From assembly GCF_000485595.1 (NCBI RefSeq), contig NW_014577089.1, positions 739,283 through 803,282 of the forward strand: a DNA stretch of 64,000 bases, written 5' to 3'. The notes under the pieces are model-generated. The model saw only the letters and a program-made list of their open reading frames with translations, was not told the DNA's origin and did no database searches. Both the position numbers and the translations under genes were made by a program. Shown piece by piece: positions 12,386 through 23,400 of the stretch. The DNA is from Priapulus caudatus. Its lineage: Eukaryota. Position 1 is the first letter of the stretch, and each line of letters begins with the position of its first letter.

Positions 12386-13390
12386 TCAACGTTATGATTC
12401 ACTGTCTACATAGTTTATCCACCCGTTAACTCCCTCACCCTATACTCCCTCTCCCTCTCCTCACCCCTCTCCTCCCTCCTTCCCCCTCTCCTCACCCCTC
12501 TCCACCCCTCTCCTCTCCCTCCACCACCCTCTACCTCCATCCCCAACTTTCTAGCCCTTTCTCTCTCTCCCTTTCTCTTTTTTTCTCTGTCTCTCTCTCT
12601 ATCTCTATCTCACCGCATGTGTGAGTCTCTTTGTCTGTGTCTTTCTAAGTTTGGGTATAGGTTCGGTAAATGTATTGTATTTTCTACAAGGTGTAGCTAG
12701 GCAATGTGAATATGTGCACACCTGTAGGTAGACCGAGCTGGTGTACGTGGAAGCGTTAGTGGTTGAGCTAATGTTGAGCTGGCAGGAAATCAGTAATTAC
12801 ACCCAGTCTCAAGACAGTCATTCTCCAATACCTTAACTGCTTTTCACCCCTTGAAGTATGCCGCTCAGAACTAATAAAATAGTTTGTCTCACCATGTTGG
12901 GAATGAACAGTGATACACGACATCAGGTTGAGTAGCTGCTCCGATTATACTCCTGTATCATGTTGCCCTCCAGCTCTGCCCCGAGGTTTGGCGCTGTCAT
13001 GTAGGATTTGTTAATTTTATCAACGTTGCAGGTGTACTCTCCGGATTTGTATATATTTGCCATACTAAACGTAGTAAGAACTTCGGCAATATCAAATCAA
13101 CAACAGCACACTCATTGAACATGGTGCTACCACTTAACCTTGCACGTAATCTTTTGTTAACCATTGTAGTTCCTTGTTCCTACCTTACAGTGATGTCTAT
13201 ATTATAAGCAAGGTGGCTACGTGCGTGCGTGGGTGCGTCTGTGTGTTGGAGTAGCTCCACCGGAACTTCCACACTACTGGTGTGATTACAGCCATCCCTG
13301 TCGTGCACATTTGGTCGGTACCTTACACATTCGATAGTTTTAGGTGGAAAATAATGCATCGACAAACATACATACGTCGATTATCTGTTG

Positions 13391-13898
13391 GACTGGCGCA
13401 CATTGCCGAACATTTTCCCGAACAAATGTTCGTCCGAACAAATGTTTTTGTCTGGCAATGTGCGGGTGGACAATTGCTGAGCGCACATTGCCAAACATTT
13501 TGCAGCGAACAATCTCTTGGCGCCGTCTAGTAGCTGTGTTGTAAAGAGTCACGTGATCGGCGCATGATTGGACACAAAAATCATGTAACCACATATCGGG
13601 CTGCTATTGGTTACTACTTTACAAATGTTCCTAGAATTGTTCGACATTCAGCGCACATTGACGAACATTCGACGAACAATGTTCGAGATATCAAACATTT
13701 CCGATCTTCAGAAACATTGAACAAATGTTCGGCGACTTTTTTCGCCGCACATTGCCGAACATTTCATGGAACATTGCTACGATAATGTTTTTGAGCAAAA
13801 TGTTCGGCGACTTTTTTCACCGTACATTGCGAACATTTCATGGAACATTGCTACGATAATGTTTTTGAGCAAAATGTTCGGCAATGTGCGCCGTGCTT
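13391..13898. mobile_element. MITE (PIF/Harbinger-like) with internal tandem duplication
   Basis: ggcgcacattgccgaacatttt...aaaatgttcggcaatgtgcgcc inverted termini; ~75-bp tandem duplicate at 13723-13880. Confidence 0.65.
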
Positions 13899-13959
13899 TA
13901 GCCAGCAGAAAGATGGCATTGGCATGAAAATGGACAAACTGTTCGAAACATGACAAAAA

Positions 13960-14312
13960 ACAAGAGCAGTCGGAGATAGCAAACCTCCGCCACAGCGTAA
14001 CAGTCCCCCCCCCCCTATCTGCTGGTACACCCAATAGTTTGAAATTTTCAGAAATTTGAAAAAAAAGATCCAGGATTATTTGTTTTTGGTGAATTTTGAA
14101 TGCGTCCGAAGTCTAAATCACACAAAAAATCGTCGGTCCAGATCTAGATCCGGATCACCACCAAAATCTAATCGATTGGTTGTTGGCCCAAGACCAACCT
14201 GTCAAAAAAAATCATCAAAATCCGTCCGTAACTTTTTGAGATATCCTGTTGACAGACAAACCAACAAACAAACTAACAGGGGCGAAAACATAACCTCCTT
14301 GGCGGAGGTAAT
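13960..14312 (-). mobile_element. Helentron-type HINE (attacctccgccaaggaggttatg family)
   Basis: Reverse complement begins attacctccgccaaggaggttatgtt + (TGTT/TGTC) microsatellite and ends with ggcggaggtttgc + hairpin; related short copy at 52501-52680. Confidence 0.75.
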
Positions 14313-16504
14313 GAAGGGTAATAATGCCATGTAATATGTAAGCTTACGCAAAACATATACCCAGTGTAAGAGTGTTGCTCACACATCTTCCAAATTATTG
14401 CTTAATTTTTGTCTTGCTGTATCAAAAAAAAATAATTTTAGTCTAGAAAATACCATGGGACTCCATTGGTTAAAATGGCCTGCAGATACGTATAGGTAGT
14501 AAATCTTCTAAACCTATTTCTAACACCTCTGACTTGTTGTGACCAGAAAGATATTACTAGATTACCATAATATTCCTTCATCGACTCAAATGTAAATTTA
14601 GATTTGTTCTACTGTGAGATCCTATTCCCACGTATCAAATATCTCTGGTATATAGATTATTACAAAGAAAATGTAATGAAATGCACGTTCACAGTGGAAA
14701 AATAATGTTCACATTGTATCAGGTAGAAAATTTAACCTTGAAAATAATTTAACTTAAAATAATTTATTATAATTGTATTACAAATTATTATTTACATTGA
14801 ATAAATTTATTCCCATTATATCTACATATTTAGGTCCCATCTACATTTACCCATGGTAAATTTCTATTAGAATGTTTGCCACATTTTGTCAAATGAATGA
14901 CTAGTAGGAATAGAAACGGCTGTCATGAAACGATAGTAATTGGTTCCAGAAAAACCGTCGTAATTTGAAATTATCGTTAAATGAGTATAACAACTACACA
15001 GAAAGCCTGATGAATTGAAAAATTAAGGTTTACAAGTGCAACAGGCCATTCTGCGATCCCCACTCGGCCTACACTGAGATCTGACTTGGACCAACTCAAA
15101 GGTTTTCCTACAGAGTTGAGTGATTTCGCAAAAAAAGGAATTGACAAAAAATCCCCCTGGATGTCAGCTTGGAGTTACGATGTGCCAACCATTCAAAATC
15201 TCCATAGTGAAGAATCCCAAACTACGCTGAGATGATGCACAACATATAAATACAGTACTGCAGGATTTACTCGCTACGACTCAACGTTGCATGTGGGAAA
15301 CGATAAGTTGCGCACACATTTGCAGAGAGGGAGGGGAGAAAATGAGAGAGGAAGTCGACAGTAAGGGGGGAGATTTGTTTCCTCACATTCGTTTATCTTT
15401 TAATCACTTGCATGTGCTATATCAACGTCCTTTCTTCCAAATGCAAATTCTGAGAGCAATCTTCTCTTGCACTCTGCTCGGGATGGTTGTTGCAGGTCTA
15501 GCCACGGAACAAACCAGGTACTACGGCTGCAGCCTAAAGGTCTGGACTTCACCAATAACCAAGTCCAACCAACAATAATACTGCATCAGTAATACGAAAC
15601 AGCAACTCCACTAAAATGCACAAGATCTCATTCGCATGTGAAGGCACATGGCATCTCCCAGGTGAAACACGGTTGGCTCATGTTACTGCAATATCTTACG
15701 TCATATTAGTAACACATTCTCTGGATGTTGTGGGTTGCCGATCAACTACATGGTGCAGATACACCACGACTGAACTTCATTTTCCAATAATGACCGCCTC
15801 CAGCTAATAACATGTTTCCTCGATCATACATAAATGTTGTATCTCCACAAGAAGTGAGGGTGGGGAGCGACTGAGTGTTTGTGCGTGTATGAGGGAAAGG
15901 AGGACGAAGAGAAGTGGGTGATAGCATACTGTCCATCCCTCTTCCAAACACAAATTCTGAAAACAGAGTCTCTCCTGCACACTGCTTGGCTTGATTGTCG
16001 CATTAGTCTAGCCACAGAACAAACCAGGTTCTACTGCTACAGCTTTATGGTTGTGTCTTCCCAGTAAGATCAATGGTGCAGCTCTTACTAATGCGATTCC
16101 ACTGAAATGCATGAAAATTCATGAAGCATGCGAAAGGCTTCCAGATGAAGTGCCACCAACACACGTGACTGTAACGTCTCGCCCCATACTGGTATTGCAT
16201 AGCCTCTGGATTCACCCAGCTTTCAGACCTCGTAATAATTGATATTGTTAGTATGGCGTTGTCTCAAGGTTTCCACCTGCCACTTCTTCTCTCACCAAAG
16301 AAACCCCCAATGAGATGTTAGCATTGCAAGACTCGTACTAGGTCAGTGCTTGTTCAGAAGCAAAGTTGCTAGTTTCAGGTGCAAGTGCATGTGCAGGGAT
16401 GTTATGGCACTGCGTTGTTATGCTCCGCAGCGGAAAGGTCATGTCTCATGTCTCCTGTATGTGTCGATGTTTCGGTATGCACTTGTTTGACACAAGTATG
16501 ACAT

Positions 16505-16554
16505 CGAGAGCTAATAATACCTATTATATACCAATAAGGTATTATTAGCTCTTG
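16505..16554. mobile_element. 50-bp hairpin insertion with 7-bp TSD
   Basis: atgacat|cgagagctaataatacct...aggtattattagctcttg|atgacat. Confidence 0.75.
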
Positions 16555-17239
16555 ATGACATCTTTCTCTGTTTCATTATTGAAACCTGACTCGTCACGGA
16601 CCGAATACCATTACGTGGCTACTGGACTGGATGTAATGGCAAACTTCCATATGCTGTCCACTTTTATAGGATATTGCAGTAAGAAGCACCAAGTGGCTAC
16701 ATACTCGCTTCACGCTTTCATACCGTCGCCACTGACAAACCTTTACTGTTTGAGAAGTGGTGCTCTTACAAAATATATCTATTCACATTCTACGTCAGTC
16801 CCTACAAGGCGCTCTGATTAGTTATAGCCACCAAACCCATGAGCATACTAAAACCTTGCAAGGTCACATAACCCCACATGTAGGCTCATTTGGATGTGAA
16901 GCTGACACTAGCATTGAAGTACTATGAAATCGTGCAAGTAACAGTGAGGAAACTACGAAATACTGCTCAACATAATCCACAGAAATATGCTATACTAATT
17001 ATATGTTAAATGCCAAGTTGTTTTTTATATTTGTTGTCTAGAAACCCTTGCCCAACAAGCGCCCACAATAATGCCTGCAGGGTATCAAACTTAAAATTGG
17101 GTAAGGAGAGTAAATTGCTTTTGCCAGGGCGCAACACAAATTAGTTATTGCTTACACTTCAACTCGTATTGGAGGCAGGGTCATTACTGCTGAGCTGTCT
17201 TGTCTTCGATATTTGTCTGCTGGAATTGGCTACAGCAAA

Positions 17240-17345
17240 TAAGGGGAAAGTACCTTGCTCAAAGGTACATCGGCAATGACCAAGGTGCATCTAAAACCCC
17301 AAACTCTTGAGACCGCTTCCAAGTGCTAACTATTAGGTCACTGCT
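17240..17345 (-). mobile_element. Degenerate tRNA-derived SINE head
   Basis: Reverse complement agtgacctaatagttagc (A-box-like)...gtacctttgagcaaggtacttt, resembling the CORE/V-SINE motif gtgtccttgagcaaggcactt. Confidence 0.45.
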
Positions 17346-18076
17346 ACTTGTTCTCTGTCTATCCACTTTGGTTGTTTCTGCCATCCACTTGTAAAGATGT
17401 CTGTCTTGCAATGTTAATGCAGTGCTGTGCCTCATGTTGCATGGGCGTAGACTGGGAGCGAGTCATCAGGATGCGGTATTGTTTTTTCTTGTCTCAGTAC
17501 TCGGCCTGGTTGTCTACTACAAGAGGTCTGAATTCAGCAAGGTGACCTTCAAGCTCGTTGTCCTGTGACATGTTTATTTGGTCATTATATAGTTGTGCAA
17601 TTAGTGCAGTTATGTCGGAGTTTTAGAAAAGTAGCTTTGGTCATCTGCGGTCCATCCACTCGTCTTCTCTAAAATGTTTGGAATGTAAACTTATGGCTGC
17701 TTAATGTTACATTTTATTCCGCATAAAGATGCACCTCACTATCGCCGTACACACCTAATGCAAAGCCAATCTGTTGAAAGTTGTGTTGCAATTTTTGATT
17801 GCAATAAAGTATGAGTCACACACCCCACTTCTCCCTCCTTGGTCTTTGACCATTGACATCCATTTTGACCTTGTACCACAATTTTAGATTGACACACTAC
17901 GAGCTGAATATGAATGCTGCGTGTGAACCCATTTATATGTGTCACTGTTGTTGATAGTTGGACTAATGAACGTACCCCTGCTCAACCCTTATGAAAAGTT
18001 GACTTCAGTGTGTTGGAGATATAATGAATAACAACAATGTTAATGATTGTTGCTTATAGATATTACCCTGCGTAAA

Positions 18077-18244
18077 GCTGAAGGGGTCGTTGTCGTATAG
18101 GGTACTACATATATGTACCCAAGGTAACTATCTGATATGGTTGGGGTTAGGGAGTAGGCGTAGGCGACTCCCTAGACTATAGCATTATATTACATTTATG
18201 TATACATATTATGTAGTACCCTATACGACAACGACCCCTTCAGC
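18077..18244. mobile_element. GGGTC-terminus MITE, degenerate 9-bp TSD
   Basis: gctgaaggggtcgttgtcgtatagggtactacata...tatgtagtaccctatacgacaacgaccccttcagc; flanks ctgcgtaaa/ctaagtaaa; internal ggttggggttaggg. Confidence 0.8.
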
Positions 18245-18539
18245 CTAAGTAAATGCATTTCAAACTGTTGGCATAAGTGAACATGTGAGTCTGTGTAGGT
18301 AAATGATTTGCTTTACTGGGACACTAAGAAAGTCAGACATTGTCAAGCATAGTGGTATCATATAAGTACTACAACACTGGCACTGCTTGTATAAACAGCC
18401 ATACTAAACATAACGTATAAAAAGCCAACTGATTTGGCTCCTTTTGGAACTCCACTTCCCCTTCCATGCACTCACAATCCTTAAATGTATTCTAGACAGC
18501 CAAGACACAATTCTGTTTATAGATCCAAGTGTGTAGACA

Positions 18540-18980
18540 ATCCTCCCCGGCCTTCTCTCTCCTTCACCACGCTATTCCCCCCTCTGTTTCACCTCCTGGC
18601 CTATATATCTTCTGTACCATGTTTCCACTTCTGCCCACCCCATCTCCTTCGTAACTGTCCCTTTTCCACTCCACCTACATATTCTCACCATCCCTTCTCA
18701 ACTTCCTCCCCACCTTAACTGATTTTCCCTTCATCACTATTCTCTCCTCCCCACCCATTTCACCTACATATTCTCCCCTCACCACTTTCTCCACACTATA
18801 TACGACATCTCCCCACATTCCCAGCCCTTCTCGCCCTCCCCTCTCCTTTCCCTACCCCTTCTCATCATCTACTCTCTTCATCTTCGACCACTTCCACCAT
18901 CTCCACCTTCTCCTGATCTTCTCCTACCTCTTTGTTCCCTCCTCCAGTTTCTCGACCTTAATCTCCCATGCCCCCACCAT
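18540..18980. repeat. C/T-rich low-complexity polypyrimidine tract
   Basis: Very G-poor ~440-bp stretch. Confidence 0.7.
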
Positions 18981-20410
18981 AACGTTTACAATGCAAAGAT
19001 TTCTAAAAGCAGTGGAATTTCATGTCATAACGCAGGTGATCACATATTAAAACGAGTGTGACATTACTAAAAAAATACGGGGCAATATTATGCATTGCTT
19101 ATATCGCTTGATAAAAGGTCAAAAAGACCACCTGTCCATAGAGGCCAGTGACTGGTGTATACAGGTGTGACTTTATATGCGTCTAGTGAATTAGAGATCT
19201 GATTCCAAGTTATGTTGACACATTACTTAATACGTAGGTGTAAACTCTACAAGCTCAAAATACGTTTAATTTGTGAACAGGGCCATAGCCTCTGGGGGGG
19301 GGGGCAGCTGCCCCCCTTTATTTTGGAGAAAAATTAAAAAATAAGCTTGGCTAATAATCGTAAATAACCCTAACGTGATTTTTTTTGTCACTTATCCGTG
19401 AAAGCCTTGTCTTACTCGCCCCTACCACACTATGATGTCGATCAAGAGCTGCGCCCGTCGCTCATCTTTACACAGTTGAGTCATAATGTAATGAAGCAAA
19501 TTCAGCCATACTTATTTATAAGAATTTACACCGGCAGATTCGGTGACAGGGACTTGCCTCGAGCGACTAATCACTCACCCGCCTCATTAGTGCCAAGGCA
19601 TTTTGACCCCCAGGAATTTGCTCAGCCTATGGCCCTGGTGAACTATATATATAAGAACTATGAGGTGATCCCCTACTGCCCCCTTCCACTTAAATTACAT
19701 GCGGCACGTCAACCACAATAATAAAGAACCTCACAACTCCTCATCACCCCTCCCAGTTTACCATCAATGACGCAGCTGTTATATATGCTCCATTCAGTTG
19801 GCCAAAGCTCACTATGCTTAATTTACCTTACCACAGTTTACCATAATAATAGCAAATAGATCAAATATGAATACACCAATTGCCATTCCTTAATATGCCC
19901 TTCTTTTGTTTGCATATGGAATTAGATGAACCCATGCATTAATCTATGTACGTTCAAAAAGTATAAAGATTTAACGTTAAGCCCACCATCTCTTTTCATA
20001 AGACTAATAATTGGCAGCAGCATATTAGTAATTTTAGAAATATGCAGACGTGTATCTATAAATTTATTTTTATCCACATTTCTATATTACAGCTTCCTTC
20101 TCATCTAGCCAGCGATATCACAGGTTCACCTACCTGCTTGTGCAGCTGCTTATCAAGATGTTCAGAGCATTAGATTTTTAGAATAAAAAAAGCCCATCCA
20201 CGCATTGTGTGGCATTTGTTCCAGCTGTAAAAGACCTTCACCTTCACCAGCGGCGACTTCTGTTGTTATTCATCGGCACGGGAAGACAACAGCTGCAACT
20301 GTTAGCGGTGTATACACTGAATCCCTTCATTAAATACAATGAACCTCATCCGGCCCTTGACCTAACGACATGCACTCCATTTCATGTATTCCAACAGGTA
20401 GACTACTACA

Positions 20411-23400
20411 ATGTCAGTCATCATAAGGCTTCAGAATTTGCCGTGGGAGGCGAAGGCAATAGACATTAGAAACTTCTTCCATGGTCTTAGCATCCCAGAT
20501 GGCGGTGTGCACATCATTGGTGGAGAAAATGGAGATGCCTTCATCGCGTTCACGACGGACGAAGACGCTCGTCAGGCGATGGACCGCGATCGCACGAAAC
20601 TCAAGAACGGTCGCGTGAAGCTGAAGCTTAGCAGTAAGAACGAGATGCAGAACATTATCGATCTTGCGCGCGGCTCGCTTGGTATGGTCGACACGAGGAA
20701 GGGCGACACGGAACAACCGGAAAAGAGTCCAGCGAGTGAAGATGATCCCCAGTCCAACATTTCGGCTCAGCAAGCACTGCAGCAGCAACAGTTGTACCAA
20801 CAGCATGCATTGCTTGCTGGGAATAACCAGCAGCTAATGTTTCAGCAACGAGGAATAGTTGGTGACACAGTACAGCAGCAGGTGGGGATGGGGAGAGGGG
20901 TTCTGCAGGCGGGCATGCAACAGCAGCCGCCCGTAGTCGGTGGTGGGGCAAGTGATTTGAACAGCCCACTAACTAATCTAATGGGTCAAATCAGTGTGCA
21001 GAATCTGCAAAACATCCTTCAGTCCGCACAACTTAGTGGGCCTCATCCAGGAACAAATTCACAGCTGTCATCTATGGCAGGGGCAAGTTCGCAGCTGCCA
21101 AACCTGCCAGGGGCGAATTCGCATATGATGTCTTTACCCATGGCAAATGCTCAACTGCCCCAATTTGGTGTTACTAGCCAACAGCCACAAATAATGTCCA
21201 CGCAAGCCACATATGGTAGTCACTCACAATCTATAATGGCCTTCCCTACAATGCAAGAAGGCACACATGTAAGTAGTTTCACTAATCACAGCTTGGTGAG
21301 CTCTGGGTTCAGCAATCAGAATGACGTGACACAGGATCTGTTTCAGCCAATGGTGCCTGTGCAGGGTCAACCAGGCTATACACGATTCTCTGATCAGGTA
21401 CATCCGCAGGGACTTAAAAGAGAAGTTGAAGATATTAGATCCCAGGGGGATGGCAAGCGGCAGCGTTTGTCAGAGTTTACAATAGAGATGTCGAATATAC
21501 CGCCTAGTTCGAGTTACAGAGATATACGACAGTTCTTCAAACACCTCTTCATAGCAAGAGATGGCATCAAAATGGTGAATGACCAAAGAGGATATATTGG
21601 AATTTCACTAGTGAAATTTGATAATGAAAGGAGCCTCAGTGCAGCCTTCCGAATGAATGGTGAATGCATTAGGGGCGCCCCAGTAAATATCCGGTCTGTG
21701 CCACCAGAAGTATTTCACATCGCGTGTGACCCAACTTATGGACAGTCCCCTGGGGGATGGAAAGCTAACCTTGAGCAACAATCAAATTCCGCAGAAATGC
21801 CAACGTCAGCAATTAACAGAAATTTAGATGTGCCAATGAGCAGACAGCAGCAATTTGGCCAGAGAGCACAAAGAGAAGCAGACAATCCGCAGGCATACTT
21901 CGATGACGCAATTCAAGATAGACCTGGTCCAGGTCACAGAATAATTGACAGGCCAGGGCTATCAAGTAACCGAGGGGGTCTATCCATGGGCCAACCGATA
22001 CAGCAGAAGCAATTGGCACCTGACAATTTTACACAACTTCAAGTAGATCGGGTGGCAGAGCTGGGGCCAGATAATAGAGGTCTTGGTCCGATGGATCAAC
22101 AAGCACTTTCAGGTCTTGTTCACCAACAGGGACCACCAAGGGGCTACTCTGAAACACAAGTAAGTGAGCGAGGATTTAATGGCATGACTCGTGTAGGTCC
22201 CCAACCTGGCATAGCTAATGTGCCTGTAGATGACAGATTTCCCATGTCCCGTGAGAGGGTGCCTATGAACCAACTTGGTCAGAGAGGTATGCCAGTTAAT
22301 CAGAGAGACCCTATACCCAATCCACGGGGCCCCATATTTGATAGAAGGGGTGCTCCTGTTGATAACAGAGGACCACTGCTAAATGAAAGAGGTAATTTCC
22401 CTGAGCATAGAGGACCCGCTTTCAATCGACCAGGTAGCCATCCTGGTGGTCAGAGATTCGCGCCTCGTACAATGCCCCCGCTTCTGGACGAAAATGACAT
22501 GATAAACCAAATTGATCAGCGAGAAAATTCCTTGGGCCAGAGAATGGAGATGCAAAGGGGACCGCTTATGGATCGCGATGGTCGTCTTCAACATAGAGTA
22601 CCCAATGTTAATCAAGTAGGTTTGCTAACAGATCGTGGTCGTCCAGCAGACCAGAGTGGTGCTGTTGAACGGAGGGGGCCGTTTGCAGATCACATTGACT
22701 TATCAAAGCCCAGGGCGTCTAGCAGGCAACGTGACGTGCAGGATAGAGAGGAAAGTCTTGGCCGTAGAGATGAGAGATCTGCAGATAGGAGAGAAGCTGG
22801 ATCTTCAGATAAGCGGCAACCACCGCTGGACAGCCATTCGTCTAACAACCAACTGCAAATAGAAACGAGCAAGGACAGTGATCGCAGGCGAGGTGACCAA
22901 GATCGTAGGGACACTCGTTCTGGATCGCGACGCGATACTGAAAGAAAAGATTCGCGACACAGTCGGAGAGACACACGAGAGAAACGAGGGTCTTCTAGAG
23001 ATCGTAGAGGTCGTTCAAAGGATAGAGTGCGTGACCGACGTGATCGTTCATCAGAGAGAGGTAGATCGAAGCGATCTTCAAGAGAGTCCTCTCATAGTCG
23101 TAGCACAAGGAAATCTCCAGTTCGAGACTTGGACGTCGTAAAATCCGATGGGGCAGCTTTGCCGAGCTCGGCTGATAAAAAGGATGACGACAAAGCAAAA
23201 GGCAAAGATGACAAGGATGATGAAAAGGCAAAAAGCATGCCAGCTGAGAAAGAAGGCGAAAATAGAAATCTGTCAAATATGCCGGCACAGAAGAATGAAG
23301 CAAGAAAATCAGACGTCAATGAAAAACCACAGTTGTCCACTTCGAAGGCATATAAAATTGTTCTCCGGAATATGCCGATCCAAGTGGGAAAAAAAGAGGT

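Larger units (their letters stand above)
12722..17945 (-). pseudogene. Probable decayed multi-immunoglobulin-domain gene
   Basis: Minus-strand fragments with Ig-fold motifs: QLVVCQSK...CQWSKTKEG (~17830-17910), GRDVTVTCVGGTSSGSLSHAS*IF (~16120-16190), LVCSVAR...WKRDGQ (~15930-16030, with a paralogous copy at ~15430-15520), ANIYKSGEYTCNV (~13023-13061), ISCQLN...SSVYLQ|GT (~12722-12790). Many stops and frameshifts. Confidence 0.35.

Noticed and set aside
11915..12429. ORFs with ERERER/LSLSLS/HTHT runs (also 50617-51048, 57832-58183, 58799-59202)
   Set aside because: Translations of microsatellites, some across N gaps.
17350..17700. Decayed minus-strand frame with LHSKHFREDEW (THAP-like)
   Set aside because: A single weak motif with several stops; cannot be assigned without an HMM search.
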